A DNA stretch of 64,000 bases from Candidatus Spongiisociaceae bacterium (GCA_965202665.1 OZ241841.1:2240001-2304000), one strand, 5' to 3'; counted from the first letter of the stretch, positions 36,880 to 50,227 are shown. Translations and numbers: made by a program. The notes: a model not told the origin generated them from the sequence alone.

Positions 36880-38331
36880 ATGACGCGCCGCACCAAGATT
36901 ATCGCCACCATGGGTCCGGCCGCGGCCGCCCCCGGGACGGTGGAGAAGATGGTGCGGGCCGGAATGGACGTGGCCCGGCTCAACTTCAGCCACGGCGACC
37001 ACAGTTTCCACAGTCATATGGCCGAACGGGTGCGGGAGGCGGCCCGCTCCGCCGACCGTCCGGTGGCCCTGTTGCAGGACATCCAAGGCCCCAAAATCCG
37101 GGTGGGGAACTTCCCCGGCGGGTCCGTCCTGCTCGAAGAAGGCGACCGGGTGCGGCTGGCCTGCGGGGAAGGGGAGTCCCCGCCCGGAACCCTGCACATC
37201 GGATACCCCCGGCTGGCCGCCGACCTGAAACCCGGCGACCGGGTGATACTGGCCGACGGGTTGATACAGGGAAGGGTGGACGACTCCCCCGGGGAGGACC
37301 CCGTTTTGGAGATTCATCAAGGAGGGGAGTTGTCCGACCGCAAAGGGGCGGCTTTCCCCGACAGCCAGCTCACCATGGCCGCCCTCACCGAACAAGACCG
37401 GGAAGACCTGTGTTTCGGACGCACGCTGGGGGTGGATTACGTAGCGGCCTCCTTCGTGCGCACCGGGGAGGATGTGGCGACGGTGGCCGAACTGGCCGGC
37501 GGGGACACCCCGGTGATCGCCAAAGTGGAGCTGGCCGTCGCCTACGAAAACCTGGATTCCATCCTGAAGGCCGCCTACGGGGTGATGGTGGCCCGGGGCG
37601 ACCTGGGTGTGCAACTCCCGTTGGAGACCATCCCCCATGTCCAAGCCGACATTCTGCGCCGCACCAACCAAGCCGGGCTGGTGTCCATCACCGCCACCGA
37701 AATGCTGGAGTCGATGGTGGCCGCCCTGCGCCCCAGCCGGGCGGAAGTGACCGATGTGGCCACCGCGGTGGCCTCCTACACCGATGCGGTCATGCTGTCC
37801 GCGGAAACGGCCATCGGGGACAACCCGGTGCTGGCCATCGAGGCGATGTCCTCCATCTGCCGGGAGGCGGAACGGCACCGGGAACTGCATCCGGCCCCGC
37901 AGGAAGTGGGGTTTTTGGAAAGGGGGCAAAATTTCGCCTCCGCCATGGCCAAAGCGGCCACCGAAGCGGCCCGCAACCTGGGGTTTCAGACGATTGTGGC
38001 TTTTACCGAATCGGGTGGAACCGCCGAACTGCTGTCCAAATACCGGCCTTCGGCCCAAATCATGGCCTTCGCCGCCGACCCGCGCATCCGCCGCCGTATG
38101 GCCCTGTTCTGGGGGGTGGCGCCCATCGAGTACGAGCCGCGGCCTTCCACCGACCTGATGTTCGCCGCCGCCGAAAAATACCTGGAAAAGGAGGGGATCT
38201 GCCGGCGGGGGGAGGGGGTGGTGATGGTGGCCGGGTCGCCGCCCAACGTGGGGGCCTTCACCAACTTGATTAAACTGCACGTGGTGGGCGAACGCCTCCG
38301 TTCCGTCCGCACCCCCGGCGCCCGCACCTGA
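36880..38331 (+). CDS. pyk: Pyruvate kinase
   Basis: RRTKIIATMGP, RLNFSHG, MVARGDLG, TDAVMLS.ETA. Confidence 0.97.
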   Translation: MTRRTKIIATMGPAAAAPGTVEKMVRAGMDVARLNFSHGDHSFHSHMAERVREAARSADRPVALLQDIQGPKIRVGNFPGGSVLLEEGDRVRLACGEGESPPGTLHIGYPRLAADLKPGDRVILADGLIQGRVDDSPGEDPVLEIHQGGELSDRKGAAFPDSQLTMAALTEQDREDLCFGRTLGVDYVAASFVRTGEDVATVAELAGGDTPVIAKVELAVAYENLDSILKAAYGVMVARGDLGVQLPLETIPHVQADILRRTNQAGLVSITATEMLESMVAALRPSRAEVTDVATAVASYTDAVMLSAETAIGDNPVLAIEAMSSICREAERHRELHPAPQEVGFLERGQNFASAMAKAATEAARNLGFQTIVAFTESGGTAELLSKYRPSAQIMAFAADPRIRRRMALFWGVAPIEYEPRPSTDLMFAAAEKYLEKEGICRRGEGVVMVAGSPPNVGAFTNLIKLHVVGERLRSVRTPGART

Positions 38332-38342
38332 AAGGAGGGGAA

Positions 38343-39095
38343 GTGACTGAAGGAGTGTTTGCGGCCATCGATGTGGAGACCGCCGCCAAGCAGGCGGGTT
38401 CCATCTGCCAAGTGGGGGCCGTCGTGTTCGATGAAGCCGGCCGTCCGGTGGAGGGGCGAAGGCGGGAATTGTTAGTGCGTCCGCCGGGCAATCGTTACAG
38501 CCCCGACTTTTCCAAATATCACGGGATAAAGCCGGCGGACACCAAAGAAGCTCCGGCTTGGGCGGACGCCGCCGCTGTGATAGCGGAAATCGTCAAAGGG
38601 TTGCCTTTGGTGGCGCACAACGTCGAATACGAGTTGGAGCAGTTCGCCGCCGCTGAGGGCACCCCTCCTGAATTGCTGTCCGCCTCTTTCTATTGTTCGT
38701 TGCGCCTGTCCCGTTACGTTGACTGCCGGGAGGGAAAACATACTTTGGAGGAGTGCGTACGTCGCAACGGGGTGCGAAGGGCGGGGAATAAAAGTGCGTT
38801 GTCCGATGCCCTGCTCGCCGGGCAACTTTGGGTGAAACTGGCCGCCAAAGAAGGGTGGGGCGTCCCCAATTCTTTTGCCGAAATGGACGCGTTGCCCGCC
38901 GAAGTGGGCTCCTGGGAATGGTTGCAGGAGTGTTTACCGCCTACTGAACGGCAGATTGACTTCCTGGTTTCCCTGATAGAAGAAAGCAGAGCGAAAGTGA
39001 AACTGGGTGGAAAAAAGGTGCGCAAACGAAGGGATTTATACCAACTGTCCCGCGCCTCGGCATCGGATCTGATAGATCGCCTCAAGACGCGATGA
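38343..39095 (+). CDS. DnaQ-like 3'-5' exonuclease with C-terminal extension
   Basis: AIDVETA, ICQVG, YHGI, LVAHN, ALSDA. Confidence 0.8.
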   Translation: MTEGVFAAIDVETAAKQAGSICQVGAVVFDEAGRPVEGRRRELLVRPPGNRYSPDFSKYHGIKPADTKEAPAWADAAAVIAEIVKGLPLVAHNVEYELEQFAAAEGTPPELLSASFYCSLRLSRYVDCREGKHTLEECVRRNGVRRAGNKSALSDALLAGQLWVKLAAKEGWGVPNSFAEMDALPAEVGSWEWLQECLPPTERQIDFLVSLIEESRAKVKLGGKKVRKRRDLYQLSRASASDLIDRLKTR

Positions 39096-39195
39096 GAAGC
39101 AAGGCCGGCAAAGGCGACGGCGGTTTGCTAACCTGCCGGGGGTGAGCGGCGTCCGGGGAGCCGGCGCCGGTCCGGGAATTCGAGTAGGGAGAAAG

Positions 39196-39501
39196 ATGGG
39201 GCAGACGGTACAGGTGGAACATGTCCTGCTGGACGAGGTGGTCATATTCGACACCGACCGCAGCCTGTCCGGTCAGGAAGGGGAAACTTTCTCCGATGCG
39301 GAAGCAGCGGCCAAAGCCGACACTTTCCCGGCCCGGTTGGCCGCCGGCCTGTTCGCCGTACGCCCGGAGATCAGGTCGGTGTACGTCTATTCCAACACGG
39401 CTTCGGTGCTGGGGCCGGGGGGATGGAGCGAAGAGCAGGCCCGCCAAATGGAGGACGTGATACGCAATAGCCTGGTCTACTACGACCAGAACCGGAGCTG
39501 A
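39196..39501 (+). CDS. Small conserved protein (NifU N-terminal-like fold)
   Basis: FDTDRSLSGQ, LAAGLF, SVYVYSN pattern; GGAG RBS. Confidence 0.6.
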   Translation: MGQTVQVEHVLLDEVVIFDTDRSLSGQEGETFSDAEAAAKADTFPARLAAGLFAVRPEIRSVYVYSNTASVLGPGGWSEEQARQMEDVIRNSLVYYDQNRS

Positions 39502-41769
39502 TCAGGAACCTTCCCCGGCCTCGTCTTCCGGTTCCGCCCCGGCCTCCCCGTCCCCGGCATCCGCATCCCCCGTATCATCTTGCCCGGCGCTGGTGGTACT
39601 GGTGGCACTGGTGGCGCTGGTGGTAGTAGTTCCCGGCTCGGTAGGTTCCCCGTCGGTGTTGTCGGTTGGTGACTCGCTTTCCGGTTCGGTGGTGGCGACG
39701 GGGACGGTATCCTCCGTTTCCCCCTCCGGTTCCGAAGTGGTCGTCGGGGCGGTTTGCTCCGTTTCCCCCTCTGGTTCCCCTTCCGGTTCCGAGGTGGTAG
39801 AGGCGGTCGCGGCGGTAGTAGTGGTAGTGGCAGGGGCGGTGGTCGTGGTGGTTTCCTCGGGCGGGCATTCCTCTTCGGTGTATTCCTCGTGGCCTTCCGG
39901 CAACCGGCAGGGATGCACCTCCACTTCCCTGGGCCGGGCCCGGTAGCGAACCGGCCATCTTTCTTCTTTTTCGGCGCCGTCCGCATAGGTGATCACCCGT
40001 CCCACCGTAACCGACCAGCCGCCCCGCCCTTCCACCACCACATGCTCCTCGGAGTAGGGATCCCGCTCCGGATTGGCTATGTACTCCACCGGCGGTTCGG
40101 TGGGGGAGTAGCGTCCCGACAACCAGCGCCGCACCTGCCGTCCCCCGTTGTCGCCGAAGAATTTGACCGTGATGGAAGTGTCGGTGTATTGGGTGCGAAT
40201 CAGCACCGCCGCCTCCGTGTCGTTGCGGAAAATCAGATCCGGGTCCCGCCAGCTGATGGTGGCCTCGTTGCCTTCCGGGTAGCGGCTGAAATAGTAGCTG
40301 TGGGGGTGGTGCTCGATGTCCTCCAACCCGGCGTAGAACACCGCGTTGTAGAAGGTGGTGGCGAACTGGCTAACCCCTCCTCCCACCGTGTCCTCCAGTT
40401 TGCCCCGGATAATGGTGGGGGCGGGCTTGAAGCCCCTCTCCGTGGTGCGCTCCCCCACCGCGTCGTTCAAGGACAGGGTGTCGCCGGGCATCACTATGGC
40501 GCCGTCGATTATGTCGGCGAACAGGTGGATGTTGGTCACCCGCGGCTGGCAGCAGGAATGCCTGGTGGTGAACTCGGAGATTTTCCCCTTGATGCCCAAG
40601 GCCAGGATGTCCTCGGTGGTCACTTCCGGCGGCGCCCCGTCCAAGACGGTCATCTGGGCGGTCCGGTCCGCCCGTTGCGCCGCTTCGGCGGCGGCGACGG
40701 CAGCCAACTCCGGGTCCAGCAGGGTGCCGGGGAGTCCGGGGTTTACCACCACGTTGTCGTCCCGGTCGGTGGTGATGGAGGCGTTGACCGGCGGGTCCTC
40801 GAATTCGCCGCGCAAAGTTTCCAACGGAACCACGAACAACGCCGAGTCGAAACCCACCGCCATCCGGGGGGCGGGCTCCCGCTCCACCCGGCTGTAGAAG
40901 GCGCTTACCAGCAGATCCCGCTCCAGCGTTATCCGCCGGGCCGGATTGTCCGGATCTTCCGGTTGTTCCGCCCCCGTTCCGTTGTCCGTTTCCGAATCGG
41001 TTGCGCCCGGTTCGGCGGAGGCGGCGTCCGCGCGGCGCAGGACGAGGGTCACCGGTCCGGCCAGTAGGGCTTCGGCTTCGTCCACCGCCCTGGATACGGC
41101 CGAAACGGTGAGCAGGGGGGCCCGGTCGACGACGTCCAAAACGACCGTGCCGGTGCGGGGAAAGGCGAGCAGGGCTTCGGTCAGGGCGGGGATGGCGGCG
41201 TCCCGGTCGATTTTTTCCCCCGGCCGGGGGTATTCGGCTACCGGGGTGGTTCCCTCCAACCGGATGGAACCTTCGAACGGAACATCCAACACTTCGCTTT
41301 CATAGTCGTTCAACAGGCTGTTCATGGCCCGTTCGTTTATGGAGGCCGCCGGTTCCAACTCCGCCGGCCAACCCGCCTCTCCGTCCGTCATCGCCTGCAA
41401 GCGGAGGACGAGGGCCTCCGGGTCGGCGCTGTCCGCCGCCTGCTCCGCCAAAGCCGCTTCGTCCAGGTCGAAGCCGACATCCGACGGGTTCAGGGCGAAT
41501 TCGGCTCCGGCCACCCGCACCGTCACCGGTTGGGAGGACATGGCGTCCTCCAGAGCCAGCAACGTCCGGTATATAGCGTCTTGGTCCGGATCGGGGGTTC
41601 CGTCCGGCTGGGAGCCGACCGCGATGGACCCCGGCGACGGGTCGGGGCCGGAACGCAGGTTGCCGGTGATCCAATACACCGCGCCCGCGATGACGGCCAC
41701 CCCGATCAGCGCCACCGAGGTGTAAAGAACGTTGCGGCCGGTTTCTGTTTTGCGTCTGTGCTTTGCCAT
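39502..41769 (-). CDS. VanW family protein (TM anchor, PG-binding region, VanW, G5-like, T/E-rich tail)
   Basis: RVTNIHL, GGGVSQFATTFYNAV, HSYYFSRYPEGNEAT, DLIFRND. Confidence 0.9.
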   Translation of the reverse strand: MAKHRRKTETGRNVLYTSVALIGVAVIAGAVYWITGNLRSGPDPSPGSIAVGSQPDGTPDPDQDAIYRTLLALEDAMSSQPVTVRVAGAEFALNPSDVGFDLDEAALAEQAADSADPEALVLRLQAMTDGEAGWPAELEPAASINERAMNSLLNDYESEVLDVPFEGSIRLEGTTPVAEYPRPGEKIDRDAAIPALTEALLAFPRTGTVVLDVVDRAPLLTVSAVSRAVDEAEALLAGPVTLVLRRADAASAEPGATDSETDNGTGAEQPEDPDNPARRITLERDLLVSAFYSRVEREPAPRMAVGFDSALFVVPLETLRGEFEDPPVNASITTDRDDNVVVNPGLPGTLLDPELAAVAAAEAAQRADRTAQMTVLDGAPPEVTTEDILALGIKGKISEFTTRHSCCQPRVTNIHLFADIIDGAIVMPGDTLSLNDAVGERTTERGFKPAPTIIRGKLEDTVGGGVSQFATTFYNAVFYAGLEDIEHHPHSYYFSRYPEGNEATISWRDPDLIFRNDTEAAVLIRTQYTDTSITVKFFGDNGGRQVRRWLSGRYSPTEPPVEYIANPERDPYSEEHVVVEGRGGWSVTVGRVITYADGAEKEERWPVRYRARPREVEVHPCRLPEGHEEYTEEECPPEETTTTTAPATTTTTAATASTTSEPEGEPEGETEQTAPTTTSEPEGETEDTVPVATTEPESESPTDNTDGEPTEPGTTTTSATSATSTTSAGQDDTGDADAGDGEAGAEPEDEAGEGS

Positions 41770-41946
41770 TTTCGTAGTGTTCGGGGGATCGCGGACGGCT
41801 GATCCGCGGATGGGGCAGTACCAAAAGGGGATGTTACCCATCCCCGGCGACAAAACCGCACATATGCGGTCAAGCGGTCCGCATTCGCCTAACCCGATAC
41901 AGGGGCGGGTGTCCGACGTCGGCGGAGAGTCTGCCACAATAGGGTC

Positions 41947-42738
41947 ATGTTTTCATTCCCGGAGATGACGCCAGGCGAGTTCCTGGCAGTGTCGGCTACG
42001 CTTTACAACCTTTACCTGCAGTGCCCCGACCGGGCCCTGGCCCATACGGAGGGAGTATACGGCCCGCCCTCGCCCGCCTCCTTTAAAGGGTCGCTGGCCC
42101 ACCGGATGTTCGCCCGGCGCCTGACCGAAGGGCCGATCGGGGCCGGGGAGTTCCAGCAGGCGGCCCGGAGCGAAGTGGGATCCAATTCCTTCCTCAACCG
42201 GGATTTGGGCAAACTCACCCGCGAGGGGAAGATGCGGATGGAGGATTTGAACAACGTCATTTCGGAGGTGGAAGTTTTATACCAGCGGTTCGACAAATAC
42301 CCGACCGAAGGGTTTCAGGAGGCCGAGATATTTTTGGACTACCAGTTGCCCGGCGAGGTGGTTTTGCGGGGGCGGGTGGACGCCTGCTTCGACGACGGGG
42401 AGGGGGTGCGGCTGGTGGATTGGAAAACCGGAGGGCTGGGGGAGTGGCGCGCCCAGTTGCGCTTCTATTCGCTGGTGTGGGCCATGGAGCGGGGCGCCGT
42501 CCCCCATCGGGTGGAGGCGATTTCGCTGCACACCGGGGAGAGGGAAGGGGAGTCCCCCACCGTCGACATGTTGCAGGAGACGGCCGAGCGGGTGGGGGAA
42601 CTGGTCAACAATATACGGGCCGTCGTCCCCGGAGTTGAACGGCTTCCCCGCCGCCCGGGACCGTTGTGCGAGTACTGCCCGATCCTTGACTCCTGCGATG
42701 AAGGCCAAGGGGCCATGGCAACCCTGCAGTCGGTCTAG
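41947..42738 (+). CDS. PD-(D/E)XK RecB-family nuclease
   Basis: QCP, GSLAH, LRGRVD, LVDWKTG, QLRFY, CEYCP...C. Confidence 0.85.
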   Translation: MFSFPEMTPGEFLAVSATLYNLYLQCPDRALAHTEGVYGPPSPASFKGSLAHRMFARRLTEGPIGAGEFQQAARSEVGSNSFLNRDLGKLTREGKMRMEDLNNVISEVEVLYQRFDKYPTEGFQEAEIFLDYQLPGEVVLRGRVDACFDDGEGVRLVDWKTGGLGEWRAQLRFYSLVWAMERGAVPHRVEAISLHTGEREGESPTVDMLQETAERVGELVNNIRAVVPGVERLPRRPGPLCEYCPILDSCDEGQGAMATLQSV

Positions 42739-42841
42739 GAATCTTGGGAAGCCAACCAGCCAAGTATTTTTTCGCGTTCTTAGTATTTTGGGGAATTTCA
42801 AGGGGGTTGGTTTAGCCGGGGCGGGGGCCGGGCGGCTTTCG

Positions 42842-43798
42842 TTACCGAGGGGGGCGGATCACCCGCAGGTAATCGGGTTGGACGGCCAAGGAGAACTTGC
42901 GGGGCGTCCCCAGCAACTCGCCGTCGGCTTGGGCGGGCACCGGCGGGGCCGGGTTTTCGGCGGCCTCCGGTTCGGCCAGGGGGGCGATGGTCAGCGAGGT
43001 CACCCCTTCCCAAATGTCCACCCCCTCCATTCGATCCAGGTCCATGCCGGCCGCCGCCCGTGCCATCACCGACCCGATTTTGCGTCGGGGAAGGGAGCGG
43101 AACACGGCCGCGGTGGCGGTGTCCGGCAGGCGGTTTCCCAGACGCAACGGCATTCTCCCGAAGAACGTGTAGCGGTCCTGCAACTGCACCAGCGCCGCCA
43201 CCGCCTCCGCCGTTCTCTCCCCGGAGCGCACCCGGAGGCGGGGCGGTTGTCCGGCGTATCCGTTCCAGACCGCCCCCAGCGCCGCCCGGGCGTAGTGCAA
43301 CTGCCCGAATCGGTTTTTGCGGTAGGGCTCCCGTTCGGCCCGTTGCATGGCTTCGGCGTCGAACCCCATCCCGGCCGCGAAGGCGGCCACCCGGCTTTCC
43401 ACCAGGCCCGGGGCGTGATCCAAAGTGAGCGCCCCGGCTGACATCGGCCTGGGCCCGGGTTGGGAGCAGATCAACTCCACCGCTTTTTGCGGACGGGCGG
43501 GGATGCCCAGCAGCCGGGCGAACACGTTGCTGGTGCCGGCCGGAATTACCGCCAGCGCGGTGGGGGTGCCTCCCACCCCCTGGGCTGCGTGATGCACCAC
43601 CCCGTCGCCGCCCATGGCCGCCACCAAGTCGTACCCTTCGGCGGCTGCCGCCGCGGCAGCCGCCCGGGTGTCGGCGGCCGTTTCCGGCCACTCGTCCGCC
43701 ACTTCAAAATGACGGCTCAGCCCGCTCATCACCGCCCGATGCATGCCCCCGGTGAAACCGGAAGCGGAAGGGTTGGCGCACAACAGAAGTCTTTTCAC
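42842..43798 (-). CDS. Diacylglycerol kinase family lipid kinase
   Basis: NPSAS, MGGDG, PAGTSNVFAR, QADGE. Confidence 0.9.
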   Translation of the reverse strand: MKRLLLCANPSASGFTGGMHRAVMSGLSRHFEVADEWPETAADTRAAAAAAAAEGYDLVAAMGGDGVVHHAAQGVGGTPTALAVIPAGTSNVFARLLGIPARPQKAVELICSQPGPRPMSAGALTLDHAPGLVESRVAAFAAGMGFDAEAMQRAEREPYRKNRFGQLHYARAALGAVWNGYAGQPPRLRVRSGERTAEAVAALVQLQDRYTFFGRMPLRLGNRLPDTATAAVFRSLPRRKIGSVMARAAAGMDLDRMEGVDIWEGVTSLTIAPLAEPEAAENPAPPVPAQADGELLGTPRKFSLAVQPDYLRVIRPPR

Positions 43799-43872
43799 GC
43801 CGGTCAGGCTAGGGGTTCAGTAGAATTCGCCGGTGTTTTTAGCAAAGTTGGAAAGGTAGTTGCAAAATTCAA

Positions 43873-45270
43873 ATGCCCGCCCCGCCCGCCGTCGTTCTCA
43901 ACAACATCTCGGTTTTGGCGACCTTGGACGACCGGGGACGGGAGTTCAGTCCGGGTGCCGTCCGTTTCCGGGACGGGTGGATCGAGGCGGTGGGATCCCC
44001 GGAGGAGGCGGCGCCGGACGACGGGGAAACGCAAGTGATCGACCTGTCCGGTTACGCGGTTCTGCCCGGCCTGGTCAACACCCATCATCATCTTTACCAG
44101 ACGTTGACCCGGGCCCTGCCCGCGGTGCAAAACGCCCCCCTGTTCGACTGGTTGCGGGGGCTGTATCCCATCTGGGCCCGCCTGGACGCGGAGGCGGTTC
44201 ACACGGCCACCATGACCGGTTTGGCCGAGTTGGCCCGCAGCGGATGCACCACCGCATTCGACCATCAGTATCTGTTTCCCAACGATTCTTCCATCGACGA
44301 TCAGTTCCGGGCCGCGGAGCGGGTGGGCATCCGCTTCCACGCTTCCCGCGGCTCCATGAGCCTGGGGGAGTCGGACGGCGGCCTCCCCCCCGATTCGGTG
44401 GTGGAGACGGAGGAGGCGATTCTGGAGGACTGCCGGCGGGCGGCCTCCCTTTTCCACGACCCGCGACCGGGCGCGATGCGACGGGTGGTCATCGCCCCCT
44501 GCTCGCCTTTTTCGGTTACCCCCGATCTGATGCGGGAAGCGGCCGGGTTGGCCCGCAGCCTGGGCCTGCGTCTGCACACCCATTTGGCGGAAACCAAAGA
44601 CGAGGAGGAGTTCTGCCGGGAGCGGTTCGGCGCCCGCCCGGTGCAGTTCGCCGAAGATCTGGGATGGGCCGGCCCCGACGTGTGGTTCGCGCATGCGGTG
44701 CACGCCTCCCCGGACGAGGCGGAGCGCATGGGCCGGGCGGGCACCGGCGTGGCCCACTGCCCCACCTCCAATATGCGGTTGGCGTCGGGCATCGCCCCGG
44801 TGGCCGCCTACCGGGCGGCGGGGGTTCCGGTGGGGCTGGGGGTGGACGGGTCGGCCTCCAACGATTCAAGCCATATGCTGGCCGAAGCCCGGGCCGCCCT
44901 GATGCTGGGGCGGTTGGCGACGGCGCCGGGGGTGGGGCCGGGGCAACCTGGGCGGATGATGACGGCCCGCGAGGCGCTGTGGATGGCCACCCGCGGGGGA
45001 GCGCGGGCGCTGGGGCGGGAGGACATCGGTTCGCTGGAGGCGGGCAAGGCGGCGGACATTATCGCCGTCTCCCTGGACCGTATTGAATACGCCGGGGCCC
45101 TGCACGATCCGGTGGCGGCGTTGCTGATGTGCTCGCCGGCGAACGTGGATTATTCCTGGGTGCACGGACGCCCGGTGGTGTCAGAGGGCCGCCTGACCGG
45201 TTTGGACGAGGAAGATCTGGTCGCGCAACACAACCGGGTCGCCCGTCGCCTAGTGGGGGACGGGGACTGA
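43873..45270 (+). CDS. 8-oxoguanine deaminase (amidohydrolase)
   Basis: PGLVNTHHHLYQTLTRA, SRGSMSLGESDGGLPPD, APCSPFSV, HTHLAET, GVDGSASND. Confidence 0.92.
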   Translation: MPAPPAVVLNNISVLATLDDRGREFSPGAVRFRDGWIEAVGSPEEAAPDDGETQVIDLSGYAVLPGLVNTHHHLYQTLTRALPAVQNAPLFDWLRGLYPIWARLDAEAVHTATMTGLAELARSGCTTAFDHQYLFPNDSSIDDQFRAAERVGIRFHASRGSMSLGESDGGLPPDSVVETEEAILEDCRRAASLFHDPRPGAMRRVVIAPCSPFSVTPDLMREAAGLARSLGLRLHTHLAETKDEEEFCRERFGARPVQFAEDLGWAGPDVWFAHAVHASPDEAERMGRAGTGVAHCPTSNMRLASGIAPVAAYRAAGVPVGLGVDGSASNDSSHMLAEARAALMLGRLATAPGVGPGQPGRMMTAREALWMATRGGARALGREDIGSLEAGKAADIIAVSLDRIEYAGALHDPVAALLMCSPANVDYSWVHGRPVVSEGRLTGLDEEDLVAQHNRVARRLVGDGD

Positions 45271-45409
45271 TGAGGGGGTTGCGGGGGCGGACTTTTACGG
45301 GCGGTTCGCGGGCGGGAGGGGGCGGGGCGTAGTAACATGGGGCGATGGTTTTGCTTATCAGCGGGCGGTTGTCCGCCGCGCCGTCGGTTCCCGGGGGGGC
45401 GGGTTTGCG

Positions 45410-46255
45410 ATGTTGGAGGTGATCCGCCCGGACAGCGTGCGGGAGGCGGTGGAGGCTTTGGCCGCCCACCCGGACGCGGCTCTGTTGGCGGGGGGGACGG
45501 ATCTGATGGTGGAAGTCAACTTTGGCCGCCTGCGGCCCGCCAAAGTGATTACCTTGCGGCGGCTGGGGGAGTTGCGTGAAAACTCGCCCCGCCGCATCGG
45601 GGCCGGAGTGACCTTCCGCTCCTTGGAGACCGGCCATCACAACGCCTTGGCCCAAATTGCCCGCACCATCGGCTCCCCCCAGATCCGGGAAGCCGCCACT
45701 TTGGGGGGAAACATCGGGACCGCCAGCCCGGCCGGGGACGCCCTTCCTTTCCTGGCCGGTTTGGACGCCCGCATCGAACTGCGCTCCGCCTCCGGCGCCC
45801 GCCTGCTCCCCTGGGACGAGTTTTTCACCGGCGTCAAACAGACCCGCCGCCGCCCGGATGAGCTGATTACGGCCGCCGAGTTGCCCGCCGACCTCCCCGA
45901 CCGTTCCGAATTCGCCAAAATCGGCCAGCGCAGCGCCATGGTCATATCCATCGTCTCCGCCTGCGTGTTTCGCTGGTCGGACGGACGCACCCGGGTAGCC
46001 CTCGGTTCGGTCGGCCCCACCCCGGTGCGGGCTCGCCGGGCGGAGGAGATGATCTCCGCCGAAGGCCCCGCTCCGGGAGCGGAGGCGTTGCGGGAATTCT
46101 CCAGATTGGCGGCTGAAGAGGCGGCCCCCATCACCGACCACCGGGGAACCGCTGAATACCGCCGCCGGGCGGCGGGCGTTCTGGCCCGGCGCCTGCTGGA
46201 AAGGTGCCTGGCCGGCGTCCCCGGTCCCGCCGCCGACGGAGGGGGGGCGGGCTGA
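45410..46255 (+). CDS. Xanthine dehydrogenase family FAD subunit
   Basis: AGGTDL, GSPQIR.AATLGGN, ASPAGD, PITDHRG..EYR. Confidence 0.92.
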   Translation: MLEVIRPDSVREAVEALAAHPDAALLAGGTDLMVEVNFGRLRPAKVITLRRLGELRENSPRRIGAGVTFRSLETGHHNALAQIARTIGSPQIREAATLGGNIGTASPAGDALPFLAGLDARIELRSASGARLLPWDEFFTGVKQTRRRPDELITAAELPADLPDRSEFAKIGQRSAMVISIVSACVFRWSDGRTRVALGSVGPTPVRARRAEEMISAEGPAPGAEALREFSRLAAEEAAPITDHRGTAEYRRRAAGVLARRLLERCLAGVPGPAADGGGAG

Positions 46256-46712
46256 TGATGGTCACCGCCCAGATCAACGGCCGCTCCCGCACCTGGGAGG
46301 TGAAAGGCTCCGAAAGCCTGCTGTTCTCGTTGCGGGAGGAACTGGGGCTGTGGGGCTCCAAAGGGGCCTGCGAGCAGGGGGAATGCGGTTCCTGTTCCAT
46401 AATGCTGGACGGGAAGCTGGTGTGCGCCTGCCTGGTGATGGCGGTCGACGCCCACCAATCGGAGGTGGTGACCATCGAAGGGTTGCGCGAGTCCGGTTCG
46501 CTCCATCCCGTCCAGAAGGCGATCGTGGAGGCGGGGGGCGTGCAATGCGGGTTCTGCACCCCCGGGTTCGTGGTGGCGGCCGCCGCCCTCTTCGAGGAAA
46601 ACCCGGCCCCCCTCCGGGACGACATCCGGGAGGCCCTGTCCGGCAACATCTGCCGATGCACCGGCTACGGGGCCATCCTGCGCGGCCTGGAAGAGCTGGC
46701 GGAGGAAAACCG

Positions 46713-46716
<4 letters not shown>
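46255..46716 (+). CDS. Xanthine dehydrogenase family 2Fe-2S subunit
   Basis: CEQGECGSC, QCGFCTPG, GNICRCTGY. Confidence 0.95.
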
Positions 46717-48965
<2,249 letters not shown>

Positions 48966-49015
48966 GGGCGGGAGACTCGCAATACTCCGGGGCGGGGCGG
49001 GAGGCGCTCCTGCGT

Positions 49016-50227
49016 TTACCCGGCCAGGAAGTCGCCTAGGCGGGTCAGTCCCTCTTCCAAGTCCCGGTCGCCGAGGGCGTAGGAAAACCGGCTGTAGCCG
49101 GGGGCCCCGAAGGCCTCGCCGGGCACGAAAGCCACCTCCGCCTGCTCCAGGCAGACGGCCGCCAACTCCAGGGCGGTGGCCGCCCGGAAGCGCCCGCCGG
49201 GGCCGAGCGGCCGGTTCAACGCCCCCTCCATGGACGGAAAACAGTAAAAGGCCCCCTCCGGCTCCCGGCAGGACACCCCCTCCATCGCCTGCAACAGGCC
49301 GTGCATGGCCCGCCGCCGCCGGTCGAAAGCCTCCCGCATGGCCTCCACTTCGTCCAACGGGCCGGACACCGCCGCCAAAGCCGCCGCCTGCGCCACGTTG
49401 CATACATTGGAGGTGAGATGCCCCTGCAGGCGGACGGCCCCGGCCATCACCTGCGGCGGGCCGATCATCCACCCCACCCGCCATCCGGTCATGGCGAAGG
49501 TTTTAGCCACCCCGCTCACCACCACGCACCGTTCCGCCGCCTCCGGGGCCTGCGCCGGAAGGGACGAAAACCCGGCCCCCCCGTACACCAGGTGCTCGTA
49601 AATCTCATCGGTCAAAACCCATATCCCGTTGGCGGCCGCCCACCGTCCGATCTCGGCCACCTCATCCGGGGCGTAGACGGCCCCGGTGGGGTTGGAGGGG
49701 GAAACGAAGATCATCGCCTTGGTACGGGCGGTGCGGGCCGCCTCCAGTTGGTCGACGGTCACTTTGAAACCGCCCGCGGAGTCGGTGGGGATGGGGACCG
49801 CCTTCCCCCCCGCCAAACTGATCGCCTCCGGGTAGGTGACCCAGTAGGGGGCCGGCAACAGCACCTCGTCGCCCTCCTCCACCAGGCACTGCACCCCGGT
49901 GTAGACCGCCTGCTTGCCCCCGTTGGTGATCAGCACTTGAGACGGCTCCGCCGCCAGTCCGGTATGGCGCCGGGTCTTCTCCGCCACCGCCTCCCGCAAC
50001 TCCGGCAATCCGGCGGCCGGAGTGTATTTGTGCATGGCCGGGTTGCGGGCCGCCTCCACCGCCGCTTCCACGATGGCGGACGGAGTGGGAAAATCCGGCT
50101 CCCCCGCCCCGAACCCGATCACCGGCCGCCCTTGGGCCCGCATCTCCCGGGCTTGGGCGGTGATGGCCATGGTGGCCGACTCGGCGATGTTGGATATCCG
50201 TTGCGAAACGCCCCGCGCGTTGGTCAT
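49016..50227 (-). CDS. PLP-dependent aspartate aminotransferase (class I/II)
   Basis: [34 protein letters not shown]. Confidence 0.93.
   Translation of the reverse strand: MTNARGVSQRISNIAESATMAITAQAREMRAQGRPVIGFGAGEPDFPTPSAIVEAAVEAARNPAMHKYTPAAGLPELREAVAEKTRRHTGLAAEPSQVLITNGGKQAVYTGVQCLVEEGDEVLLPAPYWVTYPEAISLAGGKAVPIPTDSAGGFKVTVDQLEAARTARTKAMIFVSPSNPTGAVYAPDEVAEIGRWAAANGIWVLTDEIYEHLVYGGAGFSSLPAQAPEAAERCVVVSGVAKTFAMTGWRVGWMIGPPQVMAGAVRLQGHLTSNVCNVAQAAALAAVSGPLDEVEAMREAFDRRRRAMHGLLQAMEGVSCREPEGAFYCFPSMEGALNRPLGPGGRFRAATALELAAVCLEQAEVAFVPGEAFGAPGYSRFSYALGDRDLEEGLTRLGDFLAG

Noticed and set aside
39520-39860. T/E-rich repeats (TTSEPEGE) at the VanW C-terminus
   Set aside because: Ordinary low-complexity linker coding sequence.
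41947-42738. Cas4 / CRISPR-Cas locus
   Set aside because: Solo RecB-family nuclease among housekeeping genes, with no cas1/cas2 or adjacent array.
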